Assembly (NCBI GenBank): GCA_963728405.1
Contig: CAVSJV010000004.1
Coordinates: forward strand, 1-64,000
Reading direction: 5' to 3'
From: Methanomassiliicoccaceae archaeon
GTDB taxonomy: Archaea; Thermoplasmatota; Thermoplasmata; Methanomassiliicoccales; Methanomassiliicoccaceae
DNA: 64,000 bases
Below, one piece after another: positions 52,279 through 62,199 of this stretch (positions within the stretch are counted from its first letter, which is position 1; each line of letters begins with the position of its first letter). The position numbers and the translations under genes were made by a program. Below the pieces are notes generated by a model. It was not told the DNA's origin and ran no database searches. It worked only from the letters and a program-made list of their open reading frames with translations.

Positions 52279-52518
52279 TCAATAGTAGACATAAAACCCT
52301 TTCACTTCTTTTCCATGGGTCCAGAAGGTCCGGGCGGACTCTGCGGCGGCGGGGTCTTGGGCCCCTTTCTTCTGGCCCTTGTTCATATAATCGATCAGAA
52401 GCCAGATACCCACCAATATGAAGAAAATGCCCACGATCCAGCCCAGGATGGCGGGGATAGCGATCACCAGTATCCCGAATATAATAGCGATCACGGCCAG
52501 TATTGGGTCCATGTCCAT
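52279..52518 (-). CDS. Small DUF3096-like membrane protein
   Basis: AIIFGILVIAIPAILGWIVGIFFILVGI; GAGGT RBS. Confidence 0.7.
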   Translation of the reverse strand: MDMDPILAVIAIIFGILVIAIPAILGWIVGIFFILVGIWLLIDYMNKGQKKGAQDPAAAESARTFWTHGKEVKGFYVYY

Positions 52519-52679
52519 ATTTATACCTCTGATTTTCTAGGTAGAGAATAATATAAGAATGTTGGGAAAGCGAATGACGGCGACATCACCAGGAGCTTCG
52601 AACGTCCCATGCATCCAGTCATCCCGATTGGAGGGAGTCCCGACGCCGATGTCGGCCGCGGTGCTACGGTGCCCACCCA

Positions 52680-53327
52680 TTATTGGAACTCGGCGATGTT
52701 CGTGTACATCAGGGTGGCGGTCACCGCATCACCGTTCGCATATTGAAGGACCAGCAGATAGGGGCATTTGTTGGTCGAACCCAGCCAATATTCGTAATAG
52801 AGACCGATGCCCGATTTGGTCGTGGTCGTGATGGTATACCCAATTGCCTCCTGCGCCCCGTAGATAGTGCCCAGCTCGGTCTCGTTGCTGACCGTAGCCG
52901 ATGACGAGCTTCCCGACAGCTTGTTCATGACATCCGCGATATTCGATGACCAATCGCCACTGGCCCCGGTGAACTGGACCACGGTCCTGGTCGTTTTAGT
53001 GTCGAGGGTTATCGCATAGGTGATCTCATAGGAGGTCGAGGTCGCGTTGGTGACCTCGATGATCAGGGAACCGGTGGTGTTCTTCTGTTCAGCATAGCTT
53101 TCGATGAGATACTTCACGGTGTCACCCTTCTTGATGTCCAAACCACGCGATGAACTGTTCGCCAGCGTGGCAACGACCACCACCGTACAGATCGCCAGAG
53201 CTAATGCGATGATGAGCAGGACCTTGCGGCCCTTTGATGCCTTTTTTCCGTTTCCGCCCGAACTTTTGATCGGACCGTCCCGGCGGGACTTACTAGCTCC
53301 ATTTCCGGATGTGGGACCTGACATCAT
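52680..53327 (-). CDS. Membrane-anchored Thr/Ser-rich hypothetical protein
   Basis: Basic N-terminus, one TM, beta-rich extracellular part; GGAG RBS. Confidence 0.7.
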   Translation of the reverse strand: MMSGPTSGNGASKSRRDGPIKSSGGNGKKASKGRKVLLIIALALAICTVVVVATLANSSSRGLDIKKGDTVKYLIESYAEQKNTTGSLIIEVTNATSTSYEITYAITLDTKTTRTVVQFTGASGDWSSNIADVMNKLSGSSSSATVSNETELGTIYGAQEAIGYTITTTTKSGIGLYYEYWLGSTNKCPYLLVLQYANGDAVTATLMYTNIAEFQ

Positions 53328-53556
53328 TTGCTCCTTTGGTCTTGGTGCCTAGGACGAATTGCGATAAGATACTTACGAAGGGCCAGCCCGCCTAGGTCTG
53401 GCAGATCAGACCGACCTGGTGAGCCTTGGACCGAATGTTCATAGATCGTTAGTCCTGAACCTCTGATCGGTCCATCCTCTTGCCATAAAGCGGGCGGGCA
53501 TCAGGAGTGGGCGGAGACAAAAATGAGATATATGGCCAGCTTCCAAAGGTACCTCA

Positions 53557-54237
53557 GTGTCCGGCGCACTACAGTTCCAAGATGCTCGCAGAGATGCCAA
53601 GTTCGGAGATCTGAAAGCGTCACGACTACCGAATCACATCGGCATCATTCCTGACGGTAACAGGCGATGGGCGGTGGATCGGGGCCTGGAGAAACGCTCC
53701 GGCTATGCTTTTGGTATCGATCCCGCCTTTGACCTCTACAATCGATGCAGGGCGCTGGGGGTCAAGGAGGTAAGCATCTATGGCTTCACCAGAGAGAACA
53801 CCAAGAGGCCGCGAGATCAGCGGGAGGCCTACCAGGCCGCGTGCTTGAAATCGGTCCGCCGGCTGGCGGACCTAGATGCGGACCTGCTCATCGTCGGCGA
53901 TTCCGAATCGGCCATGTTCCCTGAGGAGTTCAGGCCATTCACCACCCGCACCCGTCTGGGCCAGGGAGGCATTAAGGTAAACCTTCTGATCAATTATAGC
54001 TGGCGCTGGGACCTGGACAAGCTGGAAGCAACCGGCCGCATAGGGTCAAGCGATGTCAGTGAGATCGAGCTGGTCATCCGGTGGGGAGGACGGAGCCGGT
54101 TGAGCGGTTTCCTGCCGGTCCAGTGCGCCTACGCCGACCTGTTCGTGCTTGATGAGCTGTGGCCGGACTACGCACCACAACATCTGGCAAGAGCTTTAGA
54201 ATGGTACCAGGCCCAGGATATTACCAAGGGCGGTTGA
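53557..54237 (+). CDS. uppS: Short cis-prenyltransferase (UppS family)
   Basis: HIGIIPDGNRRWA, YGFT.EN..R, IRWGG..RLSGFLP.Q. Confidence 0.85.
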   Translation: MSGALQFQDARRDAKFGDLKASRLPNHIGIIPDGNRRWAVDRGLEKRSGYAFGIDPAFDLYNRCRALGVKEVSIYGFTRENTKRPRDQREAYQAACLKSVRRLADLDADLLIVGDSESAMFPEEFRPFTTRTRLGQGGIKVNLLINYSWRWDLDKLEATGRIGSSDVSEIELVIRWGGRSRLSGFLPVQCAYADLFVLDELWPDYAPQHLARALEWYQAQDITKGG

Positions 54238-54368
54238 GAGGCCTAAATAATTATCCACCCAGACATATGGCGGTTCGAGGCCAGAGCTTTGCTTACCCGG
54301 AGACGGCCTGGTTTTCGAGAAATAACTTTAAGTAATGGTCCTCATGTTTTCCTTCCGGAGTAATAATA

Positions 54369-54689
54369 TTGCCTAGTAGACGACCATTCAAGCCTGGCGC
54401 TAGAAGGGACGACAGAAAAAAGATCCGTCCCCAGACGCCTCGTGTAGCCATGTTGAACCTCCACCGTTTGGGATCGTTCAAGTACGATCTGAGGGAGATA
54501 CTCAACGCCGCCCCTATGGACAAGACTGTCATACCCACAGTCGTGGCGAACATCATCGCCAAGTCGTCCCGGGTCTCCGTCAAAGAGACCAAGGAATACA
54601 TCAGAGAGATCGAGGCCGTTGGCACCATCGACAAGATAGCTGCCGATGATGTCTGTATCCTGTTGGACCGCTACTCCAAGTGGCGCTGA
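54369..54689 (+). CDS. Hypothetical protein
   Basis: 106-aa ORF with GGAG RBS and typical codon usage. Confidence 0.7.
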   Translation: MPSRRPFKPGARRDDRKKIRPQTPRVAMLNLHRLGSFKYDLREILNAAPMDKTVIPTVVANIIAKSSRVSVKETKEYIREIEAVGTIDKIAADDVCILLDRYSKWR

Positions 54690-54702
54690 GCCCGTTCTGG
54701 AC

Positions 54703-56114
54703 TCATCTCTTTCGGGGCATCGGTTTCACCATCAGCCTCTTACCTCTGTAAGAGGACTGGCGGAGCGCCCTCAATATCTTCAGTCCGACGTCCTTGTGGA
54801 CCTCGATTTCGGTCTTGTTCTGTCCGATCTCGATGTGTCCGATCACGATGTCGTTGACACGGGCGGTCCGAGCTATGAAGTCCGCCAGCTCGACCTTGTT
54901 GGCCCCATTGGCCGAGCCAATGTTCAGCTCGTACCTGACCATGCCGAAGATATCGGCCATCTCGTCAAAGTCCAGGACCTCTTGGACGGTCTCCTCGCCT
55001 TTTATTTGGGGGACCTCGACCTGCTTTAGCTTCACGTCAGTGAACTTTTGTATAGCTTCTAGAAGGTGCATCTCATCATTGGAGACAAAGGTGACGGCCC
55101 TTCCTTCCTTCCCGGCCCGTCCAGTCCTACCGATGCGGTGGACGTAGGTCTCGGGCGAATCTGGGATGTCGTAGTTGATGACGTAATTTCACACCCTCGA
55201 TATCCAGCCCCCGAGCGGCCACGTCAGTAGCTACAAGTACCATGATCTTTCCGGAGCGGAACTCAGTGAGCACCTTTTCCCTACGAGCCTGGGTCAGATC
55301 GCCGTGGATGGCTGCGGCGGGATAGCCATAAGAAGTTAGTCGCTTCTCGATAGTGTCCACCATGTGCTTGGTCTGGGCGAACACAATGGCCTTGGGCCTC
55401 TCTTTATCCAGGACCCTGCACAAGGCCCAGATCTTGTTCTTTCGTCCGACGTTGAAGTACATCTGCTTGGTGTTAGGGAGGACGATGTCGTCCTCAGAGA
55501 CCGAGACCACCTGGGGTCCCTTCATATGCTCTTCGGCCAGCTTCCTGATCTCTCCAGGGATGGTCGCCGAGAACAACATGGTCTGGCGCTCCTTGGGGAC
55601 CTTGGACAAGAGGTAGGTGATGTCCTCGATGAAACCCATGTCGAGCATGCGGTCCGCCTCGTCCAGCACCAGGAATCTGATCTTTCTCAGATCAAGGGTT
55701 CCCCGCCGGACATGGTCGATGACCCTCCCGGGAGTACCAACCACGATATCGACACCCTGACGGAGCGCCTCGAACTGGGGCTCCATGCCCGCACCTCCGT
55801 AGACGGCAAGCACTTTGATGTCAACATTGACGCTAAGCCGCTTGATCTCTTCCGAGACCTGGACCGCAAGCTCACTGTGTCGGGCAAAGTACCAGCGCCG
55901 CGGGCACCTTACCATGCTCTATGCTCTGGATGATCGGAATGCCGAATGCAGCGGTCTTTCCCGTCCCGGTCTGGGCCTGAGCGATCACGTCGCGGCCCTC
56001 CAGCAAAAGAGGGATCGTTCCGACCTGTACTGGAGTGGGTTCGGACCAGCCCATCTTCTCTATGGCCTTTAATACAGGGTCGGTAACTTGGAGACTACGA
56101 AAATCTTGGGTCAT
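54703..56114 (-). CDS. deaD: DEAD-box RNA helicase with DbpA-type RNA-binding domain (two apparent frameshifts)
   Basis: Q motif, [10 protein letters not shown](R)[28 protein letters not shown] spread over three frames; shifts near 55876 and 55187. Confidence 0.9.
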
Positions 56115-56252
56115 ATTGATTCACTGCTTCACGGTTCATTTCAGTTTATCTCTGAAGTTCATTTCCCTCATTAGCCCATTCCCACTTAATCATTACTATT
56201 AGCTAGGTTCTAAAAGGGCTCCGTTCGTCGTCACTGGTATGCGGAACGGGAC

Positions 56253-56876
56253 TCACACTGCTCGCTCCGCTAGCTCCTTGGTCCTTCTTAGTCCCTCGGA
56301 TAGGCGGCTGAGGTCGCCTAGGCGCGATGAGTGGGGAAGCTTGAGCTGTTCAGCGAACTGGATGGATTTGGCCTCGAATTGCCCGCTGTCCCCCACCCCG
56401 GTATCGATGTACAGGCACCGGCCGTACGATTGGAAGATCATATCAACGAAATACATCGGATCGTAGCCCTCATCCACCATGCTGTCCAGGTGCAGTTCTT
56501 TGATCACCGCCTGCATGCCCTGTTCCGCCCAACCCGGGGTGGAGAACCAAGTTCCGGTGCATACTGCCTTTTCCTTGGCATAGTCGACAGGCCCGAGCAG
56601 GACCGATATGCAATCGTCCCCTTCCAGCATGATCGATGGTACCACGGTCTCCCGAGGTAATCCGTTCAATTTTTGGCAGATGGCATAGCCGATGAAGACG
56701 GCATCCACCTTTCCCTGCAGGGCGTTGACCTTTTCCAGTACGGTCTGCCTCATCACATCGGGGTTGACATGCAGCGCAAATTCCAGAAACTCCAGATGTA
56801 TGACGTCTGGATCGTTGGCAGTAAGGCTCTCGATCTCGCGCTTGAAGATGTCACAGGCTACAATGCCGATCCTCAT
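56253..56876 (-). CDS. DUF1638 domain protein
   Basis: IVAC, ALH..P, GYAIC, DDCI..LLG, F.TPGW, YIDTG. Confidence 0.85.
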   Translation of the reverse strand: MRIGIVACDIFKREIESLTANDPDVIHLEFLEFALHVNPDVMRQTVLEKVNALQGKVDAVFIGYAICQKLNGLPRETVVPSIMLEGDDCISVLLGPVDYAKEKAVCTGTWFSTPGWAEQGMQAVIKELHLDSMVDEGYDPMYFVDMIFQSYGRCLYIDTGVGDSGQFEAKSIQFAEQLKLPHSSRLGDLSRLSEGLRRTKELAERAV

Positions 56877-57030
56877 CTTGACTACCAGGGAACGGGAACG
56901 TCCTCCTACCGCATATTCCCTTCGCCCGGCCCACTCAAGGCGTTCTTAGTGTGGTCCGGTCCTATGAGGCATTAAGCGATCGCGCCAAGAAGTGAATTTT
57001 AAAAAAGAAAACGGTTTGATTAGAAGAAGC

Positions 57031-57462
57031 TCACTTCTTCATCTCATTGTCCTCGGCCACCGAAGTGAAGAAGTCGTGGTGCTCTTCCTCTTCTTCCAGG
57101 ATCCCCTCGAAGATGAACTTGGTTGTCACATCGCCCTCGGCATCGGCAACCTTGATGATCTCCTTGTAAAGGTCGATGGCCTCCTGCTCCGCGGTGACGT
57201 CATTATCTATCATCTGCCACAGGTCATCACCCACATCGATGGGGGCCGGCTTGGTGGTCGGCTTTCCGCCCAAGTACCAGAGCCGCTCGGCAATCTTCTC
57301 GGCGTGCTTCATCTCCTGGATGGCAATCTCTTGCAGCTGGTCAGTGACCGCATAGTGCTTTATTCCTCCCCACTGAACATGCTGCCACATGTACTGTATC
57401 GATACTTGGACTTCTCTCGCAATGGCCTTATTCAACATATCCAAGAGCTTTTCAGATGTCAT
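57031..57462 (-). CDS. bfr: Bacterioferritin/ferritin-like diiron protein
   Basis: LNKAIARE..SIQY, EMKHAE.IAER..YLGG.P, E..AI..Y, EEEH. Confidence 0.85.
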   Translation of the reverse strand: MTSEKLLDMLNKAIAREVQVSIQYMWQHVQWGGIKHYAVTDQLQEIAIQEMKHAEKIAERLWYLGGKPTTKPAPIDVGDDLWQMIDNDVTAEQEAIDLYKEIIKVADAEGDVTTKFIFEGILEEEEEHHDFFTSVAEDNEMKK

Positions 57463-57585
57463 TATGCCCCTCCAAATCACACGTTCCGTAGAACGCCTGT
57501 AAAATTGATTCCTTAATGATATAAAACTTATGCCATACAATTTGAAACGGAGCTTGGAAAATAATGAAAAAAGGAGAAGTGGATA

Positions 57586-58740
57586 TTATTTCTTCTTTTT
57601 TCTTGGAACGGTCTGGGGGTGCCATTCGTCGGCCTTGACCGGAATACTGATCTTCTTGCTGACCCACCACCAGGCAAGGAGGGTGGACTCGACCGTGGAA
57701 AGGAAGATGATCATAAGGAACCAGGTGAGCATATTGCCTTGCAGGGACAGCATCCCACCGATCGTGGCCAGGGTGTTGGGAACCAGGACAGCAGTGCCCA
57801 GGATGGTCAACCAGGTCATCGCCAGGGCCATGCGGTTGTTCAGGATCTGAAGCTGGTTGTTATAGATGGACTGTAGGACCTCCAGCCCCGATGCAAGGAC
57901 CTCGGACATATGCTCGCTGAGAGAGATCTGCTGGGTCACGTCCACTACCAGCAGGTTCACCTTGGCCAGGACCTTGGGATTATCGGAGATCACGTCAGCG
58001 TCCCCGTAACGCAGATTGTTGAGCACGTCCAAGGTCCGCCACAGGGTGTTCAGGTAGGTGATCAGGGTGTGCTTCATCTCATAGATGCTCTGGCCAAGGA
58101 GAGCTCGCTCGGCCTTGGCATCGACCAGGCTTTCGGACAACCAATCGGCCTGGTCCTCGATCTCCCTGAGCTGCTCAAAGTTACGGTTGTTGTTCTCGTC
58201 GATGATGCGGCACAGCATCAGAGTGAGCTTGTCCTCGGGAGGCATGGTCTCGGGGAGCTTTCGCGCGAACACCTCGGCATAGCGGGAGAAGTTGACCAGC
58301 CTGAAGATGTCCTTGGTATGGATCGTTAGGATGAGATTCCTCTTGACCAGGACGATCAGGGGGAACCAGGCGAAGTCCACCTTCTTGATCCGTACTGCTG
58401 GCAGGAGGATGCCGAGTTCCACGTCGCGGTCCTCGAAGTTAGCAAAGTAACCTTTCATGAGGGTCGGGATCAAAGTATCGCTGAAACCAAAGGCCCTGGC
58501 GATATCATTGCCGTCCTTCTCCACGTCCTCGGTGGTGAAGTTGATCCAGGTGAGATTGGAAGTCTGGACGTAGCCCAGGAACTCCTGGGGAATATCGCCC
58601 TGCACCTTGATCGGCTTGGATCCGGGCGGCAAGGTCACGCCGACCGCCCTCTTCCTTACTTCCCCGTTCATTTCCGGTGGCCTGACATCCTGGGGGAGCA
58701 CTTTCGCTCCATTGCTGTCACCATTCACGGCCAGGTCCAT
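57586..58740 (-). CDS. corA: CorA-family divalent cation transporter
   Basis: Long cytoplasmic funnel plus two C-terminal TMs, LNNRM..LT; GMN motif degenerate (GGM). Confidence 0.75.
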   Translation of the reverse strand: MDLAVNGDSNGAKVLPQDVRPPEMNGEVRKRAVGVTLPPGSKPIKVQGDIPQEFLGYVQTSNLTWINFTTEDVEKDGNDIARAFGFSDTLIPTLMKGYFANFEDRDVELGILLPAVRIKKVDFAWFPLIVLVKRNLILTIHTKDIFRLVNFSRYAEVFARKLPETMPPEDKLTLMLCRIIDENNNRNFEQLREIEDQADWLSESLVDAKAERALLGQSIYEMKHTLITYLNTLWRTLDVLNNLRYGDADVISDNPKVLAKVNLLVVDVTQQISLSEHMSEVLASGLEVLQSIYNNQLQILNNRMALAMTWLTILGTAVLVPNTLATIGGMLSLQGNMLTWFLMIIFLSTVESTLLAWWWVSKKISIPVKADEWHPQTVPRKKKK

Positions 58741-58774
58741 CTCATGCCACCTCTGTTCGGGTTGGACGGGTATC

Positions 58775-59303
58775 CTACAGCCCCAATGTATACTTGCCTA
58801 TCTGAACGCAAATTACCCGCAAGCGCCAGTGGATGCGCTCGACCTTTCCTACATATCTGGTCAGCTCGACGTGGTGGGTCTCGGCTGCGATAAGGTTCTC
58901 GATCTCGTCAAGGAACGACCTCATGTCGCTCTCATCATTCAGCAATCCAAGGAGCGTAGCTTTGACCATGCCACGGATGTTGCTGTAAATGTCCTTCATC
59001 AACCGTTCGGTGCTACCGAGCTCCACCATCATCTCCAGGTCGTTCTTGTTCTTGAAGTTGAACGATTTTCCGTGCGTAGGGGGGTGGTTTCTCCCGGGAG
59101 GTCATCTTCACCTTGTCAATGAGCGCCTGGACCACCCCGGCGTGCCGGGCGGAGTCGACGATGAGCCCTATCAGCACATCCCTGAGCTTTTCCATCCCAT
59201 AGTAGCCTTCCCACTGAGCATCCTGCTCAAAGGCAAGCTCGATCTCTTTGACCCCTCTAATCACCATTACCAGTTCGTCACCGGATCGGAACTTTGCCAC
59301 CAT
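58775..59303 (-). CDS. Ferritin-like four-helix protein (one apparent frameshift near 59060-59085)
   Basis: E.AFE, DSARH, E..M...Y, AETHH pattern across two frames. Confidence 0.55.
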
Positions 59304-59404
59304 CACACCGGTCGGACATCCGCCCGGGACCCAGTAATGATATGCCAATGGCCCTCGGTCCCGACCCGGAAGAAAAATATTTGTTTTGAGGCCATACATT
59401 TCCT

Positions 59405-59989
59405 GTGAACACCAAATTCCTCTCTCCAAGACTCGGAGCGACCGCCGGCCTGATCGGTTCTATCACGTTCACGACGTTGTGGGCCATGGCGGCGGTTACT
59501 GACGACAATTGGCAGCTAGGGAGGATGACCCTGAGCGAGCTGGGGGGCCGCTCCAGCCCTGGAGCGCTTCTATTTAATTCAGGGGCCGTCTTCACCGGGC
59601 TGCTGTCACTGGTGTTCGCCATCGGCCTCTACCGTGTGCTGTCCACCAGTCTTTTAGGGAGGGTGGGCTCGACCACCCTGGCCATTGCATCGATATTCCT
59701 GGTCGGCGTCGGCCTCTTCCCTATCGATACCGGCGAGCCGCACACCGTGCTCAGTTATGGCTTCTTCATAGTAGCGGCCGTATCACTGGCATTATTGATC
59801 GTACCCATCTGGAAAAGTCATGTGCTCCATCCCAGCGGAGGCATGCTAACCGCAGTGCTCCTGGTGGTGCCCCTGGTCAGCATCGCGTTCCTGCCCAAGG
59901 CCGGAGTCGAGGCTCTGGCCGTAGGGTGTCTGCTGCTGTGGATGGCCCTCATCAGCATCAGGATGCTCTGGCATCACCCGGTGACGTGA
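59405..59989 (+). CDS. DUF998 family membrane protein
   Basis: W......LSELG, FN.G....G, G.FP.D....H; six TMs. Confidence 0.85.
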   Translation: MNTKFLSPRLGATAGLIGSITFTTLWAMAAVTDDNWQLGRMTLSELGGRSSPGALLFNSGAVFTGLLSLVFAIGLYRVLSTSLLGRVGSTTLAIASIFLVGVGLFPIDTGEPHTVLSYGFFIVAAVSLALLIVPIWKSHVLHPSGGMLTAVLLVVPLVSIAFLPKAGVEALAVGCLLLWMALISIRMLWHHPVT

Positions 59990-61063
59990 TCAGAGCTTTC
60001 CTTGGTAACGGAAGGCGATATTACAGCCTCCTTCCCGCGATACCATACAGGGGCCCATCGGATACTTGGGCGTGCATCCTTTCCCGAAGGCTGGGCACTC
60101 CCGCGATTCGATGAGGCCCCGGAGCACCTCGCCACAACGGCATCCCCCCAGCTCCTCTCGGACCTGCGGGCGGTTCGTGAGCACATCCTCGTGGACCTTC
60201 TTTGCATCATGGGCCTCGTACTCTTCGCGGAGATCATAGGCGCTGCCAGGGATGACTGGGAAGCCCCTCCAGGCGCGGTCGACCGGTGTGAACACCTGCT
60301 CCAGGAGCCTCATCGCCCGAGGATTGCCATTGTTCTTGACCAGGCGACTGTACTCGTTCTCTACCTCGGCCCGCCCTTCCTTGATCTGCTTGACCAGCAT
60401 ATGTACGGCCATCAGCAGGTCGAGCGGCTCGAAGCCGGCCACTACCTGGGGGACCTTGTACTTGGAGGAGAAGATCTGGTACGGGTCAACGCCGATTATG
60501 GCACTGACGTGCCCCGGCTCGATAAGGCCGTCGATCTTGAACTCCCCCATATTGATGATGGCATGGAGCGCGGGAGGCAACAAGCGGTGGCAGGAGTAAA
60601 CTGAGAAGTTATCGGGAAGCTTTTCCACCATCACCGCGGCGGTGGTCGGACTGGTGGTCTCGAATCCAATGCCCATGAACACCATTTGCTTGACCTCGGA
60701 GGCCATGCGCACGGCGTCCTCGACCGAGTAGACGATCCGGACATCCTTGCCTCGGGCCTTGGCGTCTCCCAGCGAGCCGATCGGTGTGGGCACTTTGAGC
60801 ATGTCCCCGAAGACCGCAATGGTCATACCGGCGTCGGCCAGGGCTATGGCATCAGCCACCTCACCCGTGGTGGTCACACAGACAGGGCAGCCGGGACCCT
60901 GACGGATCTCTACACCCACATCCTTCAGCAGCGCTTCCAGCCCGAACCGGACCAAGGTGTCCTGGTGGGTGCCGCAGACGTGCATGAAGCGGACGTCCAC
61001 ATCTTCTTTGCGGATGGATTCTACTATCCTTTGCGCGGACTTCTCATCCCTCAATCGGAACAT
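59990..61063 (-). CDS. hypD: Hydrogenase maturation protein HypD
   Basis: MHVCGTH, GPGCPVC, GFETT, PGHVS, CMVS.EG.C. Confidence 0.97.
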   Translation of the reverse strand: MFRLRDEKSAQRIVESIRKEDVDVRFMHVCGTHQDTLVRFGLEALLKDVGVEIRQGPGCPVCVTTTGEVADAIALADAGMTIAVFGDMLKVPTPIGSLGDAKARGKDVRIVYSVEDAVRMASEVKQMVFMGIGFETTSPTTAAVMVEKLPDNFSVYSCHRLLPPALHAIINMGEFKIDGLIEPGHVSAIIGVDPYQIFSSKYKVPQVVAGFEPLDLLMAVHMLVKQIKEGRAEVENEYSRLVKNNGNPRAMRLLEQVFTPVDRAWRGFPVIPGSAYDLREEYEAHDAKKVHEDVLTNRPQVREELGGCRCGEVLRGLIESRECPAFGKGCTPKYPMGPCMVSREGGCNIAFRYQGKL

Positions 61064-61436
61064 CTTCTTCCACCACCTTGATCGAACGGACCATGCAGCT
61101 CTTCCCCTTGGTGACCTCGACCCGCCGTCCGCATTTCGGGCAGTTGAGCGTCGGCACCTGGGTATGATATAGTTCATCCTCGAGGTGTTCCGCCCTCCCT
61201 TCATAAGCGCAGTGGCGGCAGATCACTTCGACCGGTTCATGCTCCACGATGAGCTTAGAGCCCTCCAGGATCGTATCCCTGGTCAAGACCTCGAAGGCGA
61301 AGCTGAGCTGGTCCTCGCCCAGGAAGGTCAGGTCTCCTATCGTCAGGAGCACCTCCTCGACCTTTTCGACCCGGTGGTTCTTCAGCTCCTCCATGACCGC
61401 GTCCAGTATACTGGACATGACGGAAACCTCGTGCAT
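61044..61436 (-). CDS. hypA: Hydrogenase nickel incorporation protein HypA
   Basis: MHE N-terminus, CRHC and CPKCG. Confidence 0.95.
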   Translation of the reverse strand: MHEVSVMSSILDAVMEELKNHRVEKVEEVLLTIGDLTFLGEDQLSFAFEVLTRDTILEGSKLIVEHEPVEVICRHCAYEGRAEHLEDELYHTQVPTLNCPKCGRRVEVTKGKSCMVRSIKVVEEDVPIEG

Positions 61437-61653
61437 TCCCTTCTCAATCGGAGGACTCTTATTTAACCTCATGCGAGCTTCACCTCATGCGAGCGGAAAG
61501 ACCTCCTGCGTCAGCTGGAGGCCGTAATGGGCACGAGCACTTTCACTGATTTCCCCGTTCGAAATTATTATATGAAGGTCGTCAAGTATCTCGCCGCTCT
61601 GACACGATCACCAACAAGTGCCGTCCCTACCCAAACAGGAGGTGAAGCATAGG

Positions 61654-61825
61654 CTGTCGCTATCGCGCGATAATAACGCTTCGATCAATATCCTCGACCG
61701 AGGATAACAGAAGGTACGGCCGGACAGGCCGGTACTCACATTTGTGGACATTGGACCGCTACATCGTCAAGGATGATGCAAGTCCGGTGGATGAAGCAAT
61801 GAGCGCTGTCAAAGAGGTAGTTCGC
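61654..61825 (+). mobile_element. IS200/IS605-family tnpB C-terminal remnant with omega-RNA-like right end
   Basis: Translates LSLSRDNNASINILDRG* (RuvC-III RD.NA..NI); followed by ACGGCCGGACAGGCCGG..TGTGGA..GCAAGTCCGG..GAAGCA..GGTAGTTCGC, the layout recalled for archaeal tnpB ends. Confidence 0.68.
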
Positions 61826-61911
61826 CTCTTGCCTTTTCATCCATCGGAGTCGCGGTCCGCCGGTCTGGACCCAGTTTTAATATAATCCCATGGGGATATT
61901 GAACAGAGCCT

Positions 61912-62199
61912 ATGCCCAACGAGGAGCGTTCCCGCAGGGAGCTGACCCTAGAGTCTTTGATCGAGGGTAAGAAACTGGAGGCCTACGTCGAGCACCGCAC
62001 CCGGGACATGCACTTCTGCGCCCTGTGCGGGGCGGTCGGCTACAAGAGAAGGCCGATGAAATGTGTAGGGACTCGTTGGCTGTGCATGGACTGCCTGCGC
62101 CAATTGAAGGAGACGTTGGACACCATGGAACAATGGGAGGCCGAGGTCCAGTTGGAGAAGGATATGTCCAAGAAAATCGACGAGGGGCTGGGCCTCTAG
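61912..62199 (+). CDS. Small zinc-finger protein
   Basis: CALCG and CMDC followed by a helical tail; TTTAATATA box upstream. Confidence 0.75.
   Translation: MPNEERSRRELTLESLIEGKKLEAYVEHRTRDMHFCALCGAVGYKRRPMKCVGTRWLCMDCLRQLKETLDTMEQWEAEVQLEKDMSKKIDEGLGL

Noticed and set aside
21568-56114. Pseudogenisation or programmed frameshifting of flaB1, flaI, cbiO, cbiA, deaD
   Set aside because: Single-base insertions with intact motifs on both sides and no slippery heptamers; sequencing error is more parsimonious
61826-61845. omega-RNA guide targeting the archaellin promoter (TldR-like)
   Set aside because: Best match seen is only 8 nt (GATGAAAA at 21443), not significant, and no TnpB protein is encoded here
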